This document shows positions 20,699 through 32,079 of a DNA stretch of 64,000 nt, piece after piece. The notes under the pieces were generated by a model, which saw only the letters and a list, made by a program, of their open reading frames with translations, was not told the origin of the DNA and did no database searches. The stretch is from an uncultured Gemmatimonadales bacterium (lineage in GTDB: Bacteria > Gemmatimonadota > Gemmatimonadetes > Gemmatimonadales > GWC2-71-9), in contig CAWJIM010000019.1 of the NCBI GenBank assembly GCA_963842945.1, positions 192,001-256,000 of the forward strand, in the 5' to 3' direction. The number at the start of each line of letters is the position of its first letter. The first letter of the stretch is position 1. The translations under genes were made by a program, and so were the position numbers.

Positions 20699-22279
20699 CC
20701 TACCCGGTCGATGCCGCTCTGCTTCAGCTCCAGCGTGAATACCTGGGGTCCATGCCGCAGAAGCTCGACGAACTGAGATCCGACATCGCCGCGCTCGGCA
20801 GCGGTGCCGAGGCAGAACATACGCTGCGAGACCGGCTTCACCGCCTCGCCGGCTCGGGAGGCTCATTTGGCTTCTCCGAGTTGAGCGGTATTGCGCGGGA
20901 GGGGGAACGGTGGCTCGCCGCCAACCCGGGCTCGACCGACACCGCAAGTCTGTCTTCCCTGGTCGAGCGGCTCGGGGCCGCCGTCCGCAGAGCCGAGGCC
21001 CAGCTCGCCGGAGTGGCCGCGGGAGAGAAGTCTTCGCTGACTCCACGGGCCCTAGCTGGTCATGCGGGCCACTCCGCAGCGGGAGCGGATTGCCCAGGAG
21101 TTACGGCGGGCGGGATACGAGGTTCGATTCGGCGAACGGCGGGAGGATCCTGGCTCGATCCCCACAGAGGAGCTGCCCCACTTGGTGATCATCGGGGGTG
21201 AGGCGGGCGACGGCGACCTGTCAGCCGTCGCCTCCAGCTGGACCAGCAGTGCCGATAGACGTCCTGGTGCAGTCGTGCTGGTGGAGACGCTGCGGCCGGT
21301 CGACCGGCTTCGGGCCATAGCGGCAGGAGTGGATGCGGTGTTTCCCGCGGAGCAGGTGGAGCAGAAGCTGCCGCGCTACGCCCGGACCTTTGCCCGCATT
21401 GGTCCGCCTCCGTCGAACGTTGTGCTGGTCGAGCCCGATCCGGACCGGGCCGGCCGAATCTCAACCGCTCTCGACGGAGCGCATATACGGGTGACCTGCA
21501 ACGCACCCTCTCAATCCGTCACCGAAGCGCTGGACCGCGAGTCGCCAGATCTGCTCCTGCTGAGCACTCGTCTCAAAGATTCCGATGCCTTCGCCCTGGC
21601 CCGGATGATACGCCAGGACGCCCGCTACCATCTCTTGCCAATCGTCTTTGTGGGTGAGGACACAACGGCGGAGCGGGTCGCGGCACTCCGGGCCGGCGCC
21701 GACGATTTCGTGTCCGCCAACTCCGATTCTGCCTTGCTGGTCCAGACCGTGATCGCCCGCGCGGCCCGGGGCCGTAGAATCCGTGAGATGGTGCACCGGG
21801 ACGGGCTGACCGGTCTGCTCAATCACGCCACCCTTATGACGGAGCTGGAAGGCGCAGTGGATTTCAGCCGCCGTTACGGCGAGCCATTGGCCTTCGTGAT
21901 CTTCGAGCTGGCAGGATTCAAACATTTGGGCGAGCGTCTCGGGCCGCGAGCGGGGGATGAAGTGCTCCTCCATGCAGCCGGAGTGTTTCGCTCCAATGTG
22001 CGAGCCAGTGATGTGATCGGCCGCTACGGGGTGGAAGCGTTCGGAATGCTGCTCCGGGGAGCCAATGCCGGTGGCGCCAGCGTTCTGGCCCAGAACCTCC
22101 ACCGGGCGCTGAGTGAACAACCGGCCCGAACCTCCGGCGGCGAGCTGGTACCTATCGAAGTGAACGCGGGAGCCGCCGTCTTCCCCCGTGACGGGACTAC
22201 GCCGGCGGAGCTAGCCCAGGCCGCGGAGATGGGGGTGAGAAAGGCGGGGCAGCGGGGCGGAAGGGCAGCGGGGCAGTAA
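20695..22279 (+). CDS. Hpt-REC-REC-GGDEF signalling protein (degenerate), frameshift near 21055
   Basis: ATGA overlap with upstream gene; Hpt LHRLAGSGGSFG; receiver tails AGVDA/AGADDF; DGLTGLLNH, GDEVL, RYGVEAF. Confidence 0.85.
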
Positions 22280-22283
22280 GTAC

Positions 22284-22320
22284 AAAAACCCTCCCAGACG
22301 TATGTCCGGGAGGGTCTTTG
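22284..22320. terminator. Bidirectional intrinsic terminator between convergent genes
   Basis: ACCCTCCC...GGGAGGGT stem with AAAAA on the left and CTTT on the right. Confidence 0.75.
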
Positions 22321-22345
22321 TGCTGTCAGCCCGCTGCCCCGCTTG

Positions 22346-24919
22346 TTAGTGCCTGAACCCAACCGCCGAAAGCGGGAGCACGTCACGCGGGTTTTTCTCG
22401 TCGCCGAAGAGCAGGCGTCCCTCGCGGAACGTGGCGCCGCGGAGCGTGAAGGCAAGAACTTCGCCCAGCTCCTGAACCAGGAATACTTCGATCTTGTCGC
22501 GAACCTCGCGCGGCAGATCCTCCAGGTCCGGCTCGTTCTCCTTGGGCAGAATGATCTTGTTGATTCCTGCCCGCACCGCGCCAAGTACCTTCTCCTTGAC
22601 GCCTCCGATGGGAAGCACCCGGCCCCGAAGGGTGATCTCTCCGGTCATGGCAATGTCATGTCGCACAGGCCTGCCCGAGAGGGTAGACACCACCGCAGAT
22701 GCCATGGTGACACCGGCGGAGGGCCCATCCTTCGGAATCGCTCCTGCCGGCACGTGGATGTGAATGTCCCGATCGAACATGTCATCCGCAATCTGCAGTG
22801 CCGCTGCGTGGGACCGGGCGTAGGTCCAGGCGGCGCGGGCAGACTCCTTCATGACATCGCCCAGCTGACCGGTGAGGACCAGCTCGCCCTTACCCCGCAT
22901 GGTTGACGCCTCGACGAACATGATGTCGCCGCCCGTGGGCGTGTAGTACATGCCGGTAGCCACGCCGACTTCGTCTTCCCGCGCCATCTTCTCCGGGTGC
23001 ACCTTGGGCCGGCCCAGCAGATCGTCCACCTGCTCGCGGTCGATGGTTATTTGCTCCACTTCGCGCGTGGCGATCTTTCGAGCCACCTTCCTGGCCAGCC
23101 GTCCGATCTCCCGCTCCAGCTGCCGTACGCCGGACTCCCGGGTGTAGCTGGTGATTACCTCCGAGAGCGCCTCATCGGTAATCGTGAGTTGCTCCGGGCT
23201 CACCCCATTCTCCGTGAACTGCCGGGGGATGAGGTATTTCCGCGCGATCTCGCGCTTCTCCCGCTCGGTGTAGCCGGCAAACTCGACCACTTCCATCCGG
23301 TCCAGGAGGGGCCCCGGGATGTTCTGAATGAAGTTTGCCGTAGCAATGAAGAGCACCTCACTCAGGTTGAAGGGCACGCCGAGGTAGTGATCCACGAACG
23401 TATCGTTCTGCGCCGGGTCCAGAACTTCCAGCAGCGCACTCGCCGGATCGCCCTGGAAGGAGATGCCGAGCTTATCTACCTCGTCCAGCAGGAACACAGG
23501 ATTCTTTGTGCCGGCCTGCTTCATCCCCTGGATGATCCGGCCAGGCATCGCTCCGACGTAGGTGCGGCGGTGGCCGCGCACGTCGGCTTCATCCCGGGCG
23601 CCGCCCAGCGAGATTCGGACGTACTTCCGGCCCATGGCCCGGGCGATGGACTTGGCAACCGAGGTCTTGCCCACACCCGGAGGTCCCACGAACAGCAGGA
23701 TCGGACCCTTGGCAATGCGGTCATCCTCGTTGCCCTTGGGCGGTGTGTTGGGCGGTGGAACGGTGGCGGTGGCCTGCGGCGCATCGGTCGACTCACCGGC
23801 GGCAACCTCCTCCGCTTTGTGCTCGGCTTTTGCCTCTTCGAGTGAGCCGGTGCCATCCGCCATTCCATCGTTCCGCCGCTCCGCCTCTTCCTGCTGCTCC
23901 CGAAGCTGGCGGACCGCCAGGAACTCGAGCACCCGGTCTTTCACGTCGCCCAGGGCGTAGTGGTCCTCGTCCAGGATGCGCTGAGCTTCCGGAAGGTCGA
24001 GGTGTTCCTTGCTCCGCTCGTTCCAGGGGAGCTCGGCAATGTTCTCCAGGAAGGTGCGGATGACCTGGGACTCCATGGACTCCCGCCCGATGCGGGTCAG
24101 CCGGCTGAACTCCCGGTCCACTTCCTTGCGAGCCTCGGCCGGCAATTCGAGCGCCTCCAGCTTCTCCTTCAGCTCCTGGAGATCGTCCCGCTCATCGCCT
24201 TCACCCAGCTCCCGCTGAATGGTCTTGAGCTGCTCCCGAAGGAACATCTCCCGCTGCCGCTCGCCCAGCTCTTCCTGGACCTGGGATTTGATGTCTTCCT
24301 GGGCATCCAGCACACCGATTTGCCGCTGCATGTGGACCAGCACCCGGCGGAGCCGCTCCTCCACGCTCAGCGTTTCCAACAGCATCTGCCGCTGGGCCGG
24401 CGTGATGTCGATGTAGCCCGCCACCAGGTCCGCGAATTTGCCGGCCTCGTTGACTCCGGCCAGTACCTGCTGCACCACCTCATCCGGCAAGCCGGACTTC
24501 TGGCCCAGTTCGGCCGCACGGGCCCGAGCCTCGCGATGCAGCGCGACGAACGCAGGATCCTGAGGATTGAGCGGCTGCATCTCTTCGGCCTCACGCACGA
24601 TGGCCTGGAGGTAGCCGTCCCGCTCGGTGTAGTGGATGGCGATGCCCCGCTGCTCTCCATTGAGCAGCAGCTGCATGCCCGATAGCCCGCGCTGCAACTG
24701 GCCAATGCGGGCGATGGTTCCGATGGTATAGAGCGCCTCGGAGGTCACGCTTTCCACGTTCTGCCGCTGCGACACCGCAAAGACCAGCCGATCGCCCGCA
24801 AGGGCGGCTTCGATGGCGCGCAGTGTTGCCGGACGGCCGGCACCGATGGGTGCCGTGACCCCGGGGAAGAGAACGACTTCTCTCAGGGGAAGAACGGGCA
24901 GTGTCAATCGTTCGGCCAT
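22346..24919 (-). CDS. lon: ATP-dependent Lon protease
   Basis: [11 protein letters not shown]-domain, [43 protein letters not shown]. Confidence 0.98.
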   Translation of the reverse strand: MAERLTLPVLPLREVVLFPGVTAPIGAGRPATLRAIEAALAGDRLVFAVSQRQNVESVTSEALYTIGTIARIGQLQRGLSGMQLLLNGEQRGIAIHYTERDGYLQAIVREAEEMQPLNPQDPAFVALHREARARAAELGQKSGLPDEVVQQVLAGVNEAGKFADLVAGYIDITPAQRQMLLETLSVEERLRRVLVHMQRQIGVLDAQEDIKSQVQEELGERQREMFLREQLKTIQRELGEGDERDDLQELKEKLEALELPAEARKEVDREFSRLTRIGRESMESQVIRTFLENIAELPWNERSKEHLDLPEAQRILDEDHYALGDVKDRVLEFLAVRQLREQQEEAERRNDGMADGTGSLEEAKAEHKAEEVAAGESTDAPQATATVPPPNTPPKGNEDDRIAKGPILLFVGPPGVGKTSVAKSIARAMGRKYVRISLGGARDEADVRGHRRTYVGAMPGRIIQGMKQAGTKNPVFLLDEVDKLGISFQGDPASALLEVLDPAQNDTFVDHYLGVPFNLSEVLFIATANFIQNIPGPLLDRMEVVEFAGYTEREKREIARKYLIPRQFTENGVSPEQLTITDEALSEVITSYTRESGVRQLEREIGRLARKVARKIATREVEQITIDREQVDDLLGRPKVHPEKMAREDEVGVATGMYYTPTGGDIMFVEASTMRGKGELVLTGQLGDVMKESARAAWTYARSHAAALQIADDMFDRDIHIHVPAGAIPKDGPSAGVTMASAVVSTLSGRPVRHDIAMTGEITLRGRVLPIGGVKEKVLGAVRAGINKIILPKENEPDLEDLPREVRDKIEVFLVQELGEVLAFTLRGATFREGRLLFGDEKNPRDVLPLSAVGFRH

Positions 24920-24990
24920 TTAAGGCCCTCCTTACATAGCCCCAATCTGGGGCAAGAATGACAGACTCACAAACAGATCGGCCAGGCAAG

Positions 24991-25006
24991 TGCACCGACC
25001 GTGCCA
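24991..25006 (-). promoter_or_regulatory. Putative sigma54 (-24/-12) promoter of lon
   Basis: Minus strand TGGCACGGTCGGTGCA (GG-N10-GC), about 70 nt upstream of the lon ATG. Confidence 0.65.
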
Positions 25007-25282
25007 GCCCATCTCTGTCCTATCATGGGTTTGAGCACTCGTTTAAAAGGATTTAGCAGGTCTATAAGTTCCCGTCCGACGTTCTGGCGGGTGCCTCCAG
25101 CCCTTACGGCTCAAGTGAGTTGGAATGCTGCCAGAATGGCCCAGCAGCGCCCAGTCCCCGGTTCCTCAGACCCGAGCCAAACCGTAGGAACTGCCACCAC
25201 TCTCGACTCCCGACTCCCTTGGGTACAGATTGTTTGCCATGCTGGGAAATCTCGCCTTCCATCCTTCCCCAGCGCCGACCGC

Positions 25283-27175
25283 ATGACGGCGCCGCACGAT
25301 AGACCCCTCGCGGCTCGTTTGGCCGAGGCTTTGGGAGACGCCTATACCATCGAGGGTGAGGTCGGGCGTGGCGGAATGGGCGTGGTGTATCGCGCCCGTG
25401 ACGAGCGGCTCCAACGGCGGGTCGCCATCAAGGTGCTTCCCCCCGAGCTGGCCTTTCAGCAGGACATCCGGCAGCGATTTACCCGGGAGGCTCAGACTGC
25501 GGCGCGGCTGTCTCACCCGCACATCGTCCCGATCCACTCGGTCGGTGAAGCCCAGGGTCTGGTCTACTTCGTCATGGGCTATGTGGACGGCGAATCGCTC
25601 GCCGCCCGGGTCCGCCGGCGGGGACCGCTGCCGGTCGAAGAGGTCCGCCGGATCATGAAGGAAACCGCCGACGCGCTCAGCGCCGCCCACGCGCTCTCAG
25701 TCATCCACCGCGACATCAAGGCCGACAACATCCTGCTCGAGGGAACTCGGGGCCGGGTCATGGTCACCGACTTCGGGATCGCGAAGGCGCTCTCGGCGTC
25801 CTCGGGTGCCACGCTTACCGGCGTTGGCGTGGCCATAGGCACTCCCGCCTTCATGAGCCCGGAACAGGCCGCCGGTGAGCGCAACATCGACGGGCGCTCC
25901 GATCTATACAGCCTCGGCGTGGTCACCTACCAGATGCTGACCGGCAAGCTCCCCTTCAATGCCCCGTCCGTGGCCGGCATCCTGATGAAGCAGATCACCG
26001 AGCCGGCGCCCGACATCCGGCTACTTCGGCCGGATATACCGGAGGACCTGGCGCTCGCGGTGGCCCGCTGCCTGGAGAAGGATCCGGAGAGCCGCTGGCC
26101 AACGGCGGATGCGCTCCGCCGTGCACTGGAGACCCGGAATGTGGGGGACTACCAGCCGACTGGTGCGCGGCGAGCCGGCACGGCGGGACAGCGGGGCAGC
26201 GGGGCAGAGTTCGGGCGGGGTAGCTCCCGGGTTCCGGATTCCAGGACCGGCCGCGGAAATCGCCCCCCCCATCCGGGCGGCGGCCCGGTCGCGCGGTTGC
26301 CCGACAGTGCGCTGTCCCGATCCCAACGTCGGGCGGCCCGGCGAGATCGGCAGGGCTTGGAGATTCCTGACACCGGCGAGCCCAAGATCATCCAGAAAGT
26401 CCGGGGTCAGTTCGCCAGTTGGGCGGCAGTCAGCGCCGGGTGCATGGGGATCAACGTCGCCACTGGGCTGGAACACCCCTGGTTCCTCTTCCCGATGTTC
26501 GGAATGGGCATTGGGCTGATGCGGAACTATGCCACCCTGTGGTCGGCTGGTTATAGCTGGCGGGACGTGTTGAAGCGTCCGCCGGCCCCCGATGCCGTCG
26601 AGACGACGATGATCGGAGGCAAGGCTCCCCGGCAGCTGCCGGTTCCCGATATCGAGGAGTACGGGTCCCAGCTCCCGGCAGTGCTGCAGGTGCACGGCGA
26701 CCGGCAGGCCATTCTCAAGCTGTTGTCCAAGCTGCCGGCATCCGAGCGCAAGATGCTGCCTGAAGTCCAGCAAACCGTCGATGCCCTGTACTCCAGGGCC
26801 ACCGACCTGGCCAAGACCCTGCACGCCATGGACAGCAACCTGGACACCGACGGTCTGGCAGCCATCGACGAGCGGATCGCCGGCCTCTCCCGGGAGCCGG
26901 ACGACCCGGAGCGAGCCCGCCGCCTCAATCTGCTCGAGCGGCAGAAGCAGACCATCTCGGATCTGCGAGGCCGCCGGGGCCAGGTCGCCGGCCATCTCGA
27001 GTCCTGCGTGCTGGCAATGCAGAATGTGCGCTTCGATTTGTTGCGGCTACGCTCGGCGGGAGTGGCGGCGGTGCTGGGCGATCTCACTCAGGCGACTCAG
27101 CAGGCGAGGTCTCTCTCCCGCGACGTGGACAACGTGATCGCCGCCGCCGGCGAGATTCGAGAAGTCATGAAATAG
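25283..27175 (+). CDS. Ser/Thr protein kinase with 2-TM segment and helical C-terminal domain
   Basis: GRGGMG, VAIK, HRDIKADN, DFG, GTPAFMSPEQ, DLYSLG; TM pair around HPWFLFP. Confidence 0.93.
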   Translation: MTAPHDRPLAARLAEALGDAYTIEGEVGRGGMGVVYRARDERLQRRVAIKVLPPELAFQQDIRQRFTREAQTAARLSHPHIVPIHSVGEAQGLVYFVMGYVDGESLAARVRRRGPLPVEEVRRIMKETADALSAAHALSVIHRDIKADNILLEGTRGRVMVTDFGIAKALSASSGATLTGVGVAIGTPAFMSPEQAAGERNIDGRSDLYSLGVVTYQMLTGKLPFNAPSVAGILMKQITEPAPDIRLLRPDIPEDLALAVARCLEKDPESRWPTADALRRALETRNVGDYQPTGARRAGTAGQRGSGAEFGRGSSRVPDSRTGRGNRPPHPGGGPVARLPDSALSRSQRRAARRDRQGLEIPDTGEPKIIQKVRGQFASWAAVSAGCMGINVATGLEHPWFLFPMFGMGIGLMRNYATLWSAGYSWRDVLKRPPAPDAVETTMIGGKAPRQLPVPDIEEYGSQLPAVLQVHGDRQAILKLLSKLPASERKMLPEVQQTVDALYSRATDLAKTLHAMDSNLDTDGLAAIDERIAGLSREPDDPERARRLNLLERQKQTISDLRGRRGQVAGHLESCVLAMQNVRFDLLRLRSAGVAAVLGDLTQATQQARSLSRDVDNVIAAAGEIREVMK

Positions 27176-27399
27176 CGCTATTGACTGGCGAGTGTCTCCA
27201 CCATACTCATGTAGGGCACTCCGTCAGAAGGGAGGGGCAGCGGCACTCACCCAGCGCAGGGTACCCCACAAAGTGCGTGCCGGCATATGAACCGACTCAC
27301 CCACAATCACACGTAGCATCGAACAAGCAGACCGTAGGTCAGTGTGGACTGAGCAAACGTCCACACGCACAGCGGCATAATCGTCGCTAGCCGATTGGC

Positions 27400-27437
27400 A
27401 ACGGGGCCCGGACAAGATCCGGGCCCCGATTCGTTTT
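27400..27437. terminator. Terminator hairpin between convergent transcription units
   Basis: CGGGGCCCGGA...TCCGGGCCCCG stem followed by ATTCGTTTT. Confidence 0.7.
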
Positions 27438-27466
27438 CAGCGGAGTGTCGAGGGGAAATCCGGCTG

Positions 27467-29593
27467 CTAAAAGGCCAGGATCTCCTCCATCGCCTTCTTG
27501 AGACTCTCCACCTGCGGCAGAATCACATCCTCCAGCTCCGGCGCATAGGCAACGAAGGTATCGGTGGCCGCAACCCGCCTGACCGGCGCATCCAGGAACG
27601 CGAAAGTCTCGTCGGCAATCCGGGCGGCGATCTCCGCTCCGTAGCCCCAGCTCAAGGAGTCCTCATAGGCCACAATCACCCGGCTGGTCTTCCGAATCGA
27701 CTCATAGATCGTGTCCCAGTCCACCGGTGAGAGCGAACGCAGGTCGATCACCTCGACGCTCAGGCCCTGCTGATCCTCCAGGGCCTTGGCGGCCATCAAG
27801 GTCCGCTGAACCACGGCGCCGTAGGTGACCACCGTCAGATCGCTGCCGGTCCGCACCACCTTGGCCTTCCCGAAGGGAATCATGAAATTCGGGCCGGGGT
27901 TCGGAGCCTTGTTGTAGGTCTGGCGGTAGAGGTGTTTGTGCTCCAGGAACATCACGGGGTCGTCGCAACGAATGGCGGTACGGAGCAGCCCGTTGGCGTC
28001 GAGCGAAGTGGAGGGACAGATGACCCGGAGACCGGGAACGCCGGTAAAGACCGCGGCGCCGGTTTGAGAGTGGTAGACCGACCCGCCTTTGAGGTACCCG
28101 CCGTAGGTCACTCGCACCACCAAGGGAGCGGCAAAGGCGTTGTTCGAGCGCCAGCGCATCAGGGCGAGCTCATTGCGGAGCTGCATATACGCGGGCCAGA
28201 TGTAGTCGAAGAACTGAATCTCCACCACCGGCTTCAATCCCCGGGTGGCCAATCCAATCGCCCGCCCGATGATGTTGGCCTCGGCCAGCGGTGAGTTGTA
28301 GACCCGTTCACTGCCGAAGGCGCGTTGCAGTCCCCAGGTCACCTTGAACACCCCACCCTTCCCTTTGACGTCTCCGAGATGCTCTTCCCGGCTGCAGTCC
28401 GCCACGTCCTCGCCGAAGATCACGATCCGGGGGTCGCGGGACATCTCGTCCCGCAGGCAGATGTTGAGCAGGTCCACCATGGTGGTGGGATCGCCGGTGA
28501 ACTTGGGATCGTCTTCGGTATCGAACTGCTCGGAGGTCGGATCGACGTCAGGCGAGTAGACGTACTGGTAGATCGTTTCGGGCCCCGGTTGAGGCGAGGC
28601 CAGCGCTGCATCTGTCGCCCGCTGCACCTCTTCATCCACCTGCCGGGCCACGGCGTCCAGCTCATCCTGGGTGACCAGCCCCTGAGCCAGGAGGTACTTG
28701 GGGAATCGGGTGACGGGGTCGCGCTCCGCGTCGGCCTGCCGCTCGGCCGACGGGCGATAATGGACTTCGTCGTCCGACAGGGAATGGCTATAGGGACGGA
28801 TCACGTGCGCGTGGACCAGGGCGGGACCCTTCCGGGCGCGAGCGTACTCGGCAGCCTTGGTCAGGACCTCCAGCGAGGCCATCACGTCACAGCCGTCCAC
28901 CTCCTGGATGAACAGGCCGGGGAAGCCGGTAAGCAGCTTGGAAATGGAGCCGCCCGGGGTGTTCACCTCGACCGGGACTGAGATGGCGTAGCCGTTGTCT
29001 TCCACCAGGAACACGACCGGAAGCTTGAGGTTGGTGGCGCTGCTCAGCGCCTCCCAGAACTCGCCCTCGCTGGTGGTGCCATCACCGGTGGTGCAAAGCA
29101 CGACTTCGTCGCCCCGGATCAGCTGCTGCTTGTCCTCAATACCCTCGATCCGCGAATACCTGAGCCACGCCTCGGCGCATCCGACCGCCTGGAGAAACTG
29201 GGTGCCGGTAGGGCTGGAGGCGCTGACGATGTTCAGGTCCTTGTGCCCCCAGTGGGAGGGCATCTGCCGGCCACCCGAGTTGGGATCGGCGGCGGCACCT
29301 ACGGCGGAGAGCAGCTGCTCGGTTGGGGTCATTCCCAGGCCGAGGCAGAGGGCTCGATCTCTATAGTAGGTGTAAAACCAGTCGTAGGCGGGACGAAACA
29401 CTCGGGAGGCGGCGGCGAGCACGGCTTCGTGGCCGGCCCCGGATATCTGAAAGAAGATCTTGTTCTGACGCTTGAGCTGGATCTCCTTGTCGTCGATCCG
29501 CCGGGCCAGCAGCATAAGCCGGTGGATGTCGAGGAGATCGGATTTTTCGAGTTTGAGGGGGCCTTTGGTGCGGCCCGATGTGCGTGTGGCCAT
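27467..29593 (-). CDS. 2-oxoacid (branched-chain type) dehydrogenase E1, fused alpha/beta
   Basis: [28 protein letters not shown]...EDN TPP motif, [30 protein letters not shown]. Confidence 0.95.
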   Translation of the reverse strand: MATRTSGRTKGPLKLEKSDLLDIHRLMLLARRIDDKEIQLKRQNKIFFQISGAGHEAVLAAASRVFRPAYDWFYTYYRDRALCLGLGMTPTEQLLSAVGAAADPNSGGRQMPSHWGHKDLNIVSASSPTGTQFLQAVGCAEAWLRYSRIEGIEDKQQLIRGDEVVLCTTGDGTTSEGEFWEALSSATNLKLPVVFLVEDNGYAISVPVEVNTPGGSISKLLTGFPGLFIQEVDGCDVMASLEVLTKAAEYARARKGPALVHAHVIRPYSHSLSDDEVHYRPSAERQADAERDPVTRFPKYLLAQGLVTQDELDAVARQVDEEVQRATDAALASPQPGPETIYQYVYSPDVDPTSEQFDTEDDPKFTGDPTTMVDLLNICLRDEMSRDPRIVIFGEDVADCSREEHLGDVKGKGGVFKVTWGLQRAFGSERVYNSPLAEANIIGRAIGLATRGLKPVVEIQFFDYIWPAYMQLRNELALMRWRSNNAFAAPLVVRVTYGGYLKGGSVYHSQTGAAVFTGVPGLRVICPSTSLDANGLLRTAIRCDDPVMFLEHKHLYRQTYNKAPNPGPNFMIPFGKAKVVRTGSDLTVVTYGAVVQRTLMAAKALEDQQGLSVEVIDLRSLSPVDWDTIYESIRKTSRVIVAYEDSLSWGYGAEIAARIADETFAFLDAPVRRVAATDTFVAYAPELEDVILPQVESLKKAMEEILAF

Positions 29594-29673
29594 GGAACCC
29601 GGGGTTCGAAAGTCTAGGTCACGCTGCGAACTCCGAAAGATAGCTGGCGGCCGGACGCTCGGGCCAGCGGCTC

Positions 29674-32048
29674 TCAGTTGCTCCAGTCGACCATCTTGAC
29701 CTCGGCGAGCACCCCATCCAGATCGTTGAATTTGAGCGCCTTGGGCTCCGCCGGCATCAGCGGCAGATCGATCTCCGACTTGGGTCCCCGCACCTTTACC
29801 CGAAGCCGCGCTACCCGGTCATTTCCCAGATCGAGGGTCACCGGCACGTACATCTGGAAGTCTTCGGGCACATGTGCCTGCGCAACCTGGAGCTTCACCC
29901 GGTACTGCCCGTTATCTGCCGGGACCGTGCGGTAAGCCACCCGGTAGGTGGGCACATCGCTCCCATAGATCCACTGGTCGAAGAACCAGCCGAGGTCGGT
30001 GCCCAACTGCTTCTCGGCCACCTTACGGAAGTCCTCGGTGGACGCGCGCTTCCCCTTATAGGTCTGATAAAAGTCTCGCATGGTCGCGGTAAAACGATCC
30101 TCGTTCATAGTTTTGAGGTCCAGCATCATGATCCGCAGCATGTGCAGAGCCCAGGCACCCTTGCGATAGACGATCACGCTGTAGCCTGCCTCGTCCATGC
30201 CACTGCTGTTCCGCCATCCCAGCCACACTGGGGCGGGATCATTCCGGCGGTTCATGATGTCTGCTCGCCAGCGTTCCAGCATGTCGTAGTACTTGTGATT
30301 GTCCTTGCGAAAGCGTTGGAGATACCAGAGCCCGGCGAAGCTGGCGAAACCTTCGCTCAGCCATTGCTCATGGTAGGTCGTGTAATCCACACCGAGTCCC
30401 CACCACTGGTGAGCAACTTCGTGGGCCCGGAAAAACTCGTCGAAGCCGTCCTCCTGGGTATTCCGGAATGTCGTCCACGACAGATGAACCAGGCCTGGAA
30501 ATGCCACACCATGGAAGTAAGGCACTTCAGTGGCATAGAAGTGGCCGGCGGGCGCGGTGCCAAACACGCTCTGGAAAAACTTCATGCTGTTCAGGACGTC
30601 CGATCCGACGACTTCCTTCATCTTCCGCTGCGGTCCCGGCCCAGCCTCACCGCCTCTGAGGAGTGCGCGGGTGTACGCCTTGTGGGCGTCGTCCGAAGCC
30701 AACACCGTGATGGGCGGTGCTCCCTCCTGGCGGATCTGATATTCCTTGAATCGGCCGACGTTGAACGCCGCGAACGATACCGGCGTCTTCGTGACCCACC
30801 GAGTAATGATCGTCCGGTTCTCGGCCGTGGAGTCCTTCCGCTCTCCCACACTAGCCAAGACCAGAGAGGACGGCACCCGATAGGTAAGGTCGAAGGTGGC
30901 GAGACTCCTGCCATCGAGCGGAATCGGATACCAGGCCGCCGATGATTTGATGAAGAACCAGTCTCCGAAGCGATCGATGAGATCGCCCCGGTAGAAGAGC
31001 GTCAGCGTCTTGGTCTCTCCAGGGCTCAAGCGACGCTCCAGGTTGACCCAGAGAATCGGGCTCTTCTTCGGCTTCGCGAAGCCCGCGGGGGTTCCCCCTT
31101 CCCATCGAGCAGAGTCAACGTCGAGCTCGTCGAAGAGCCGCAAGGGGACCCACGGTCCAACCGAAGCCTCAGCCGCTACGACAATTCGAGTGGCGGCGCT
31201 GAACCGCACATCACCCATGGCCGTATGCTCGAGATGAGTATCGATGGTGTAGTGGGAAATCCCGACTCGCGGCCGGCGCTCGTAGGTGGAAGCGCGGACC
31301 GTGTCCCCCTGTCTCGGAAATTGACTGATGACCTCCGTCTGTTTCCCAATCCACCGCTTCCTGCGTGCCCGGGTCGCCAACTGAACCGCCTCGTTAAGCC
31401 GGGAGTTCACAGTGAACATCAGGGGGTCTTTCTTCGGGCGTTGGATATGGGCGTAGAAGAGATCCGTAGAGTCCTGGTTCAGAAACGCTTCCATCAGATC
31501 GGGATCGAAGCTGGGGCTGTCATCATCCCGCAGGTATTCGAGAGCGTCCTTGATGGCTCTCGCCGCATCGGGCGACACCGGGCCGTCTCGAAAGCTGAGA
31601 CTCCGCTGCAGCTGAACGGCCGTGGTGTCGGCAAAGAGGAGCACCACCGCATTCAGGGGCGCCACGAGATCCTGGGTTTTCTCAAAGAACGCCAGGCGCT
31701 CGCGCTCCATGCAGTGGGAGGTGCGAAGGAGAAGGTTCCTCTGCCCACGAATACCGCCCCAACCACCCTGCCGCCTACCGGCTTCAGTAGATAGAAATTG
31801 CCGCGCTCGAAGGTGAAGCGACCCACGTCGCGTCTCAGAACCAACTCGCTTACCGCCGCTACCGCCTGCGGCTGCGGTCGCAACGAGACGAGCTCCTCGT
31901 ACAGCCGATCATAGGAGGAGGCTTCCGCCCCCGGAGACACTCCTAGTCCCGAGCCCGCTTGGGCAAACCCTGCTGACAACCAGCCCCACTGCATCAGAAG
32001 AGTAGTTGCAACAAGTTGCCAATACCGGGGGCGATCCTGAGCTGCCAT
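29674..32048 (-). CDS. M1 family metallopeptidase, secreted; frameshift near 31715
   Basis: [10 protein letters not shown] + WLSEGFA (HEXXH-x18-E), [13 protein letters not shown]-terminal part in ORF 31653..32063. Confidence 0.9.
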
Positions 32049-32053
32049 GGGCT

Positions 32054-32073
32054 GTAGTATCAAGAAGTACTAC
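32054..32073. promoter_or_regulatory. Palindromic operator GTAGTA-N8-TACTAC
   Basis: 5 nt upstream of the M1 peptidase ATG (32048); same arms and spacing as 19992-20011. Confidence 0.65.
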
Positions 32074-32079
32074 GTCGTA

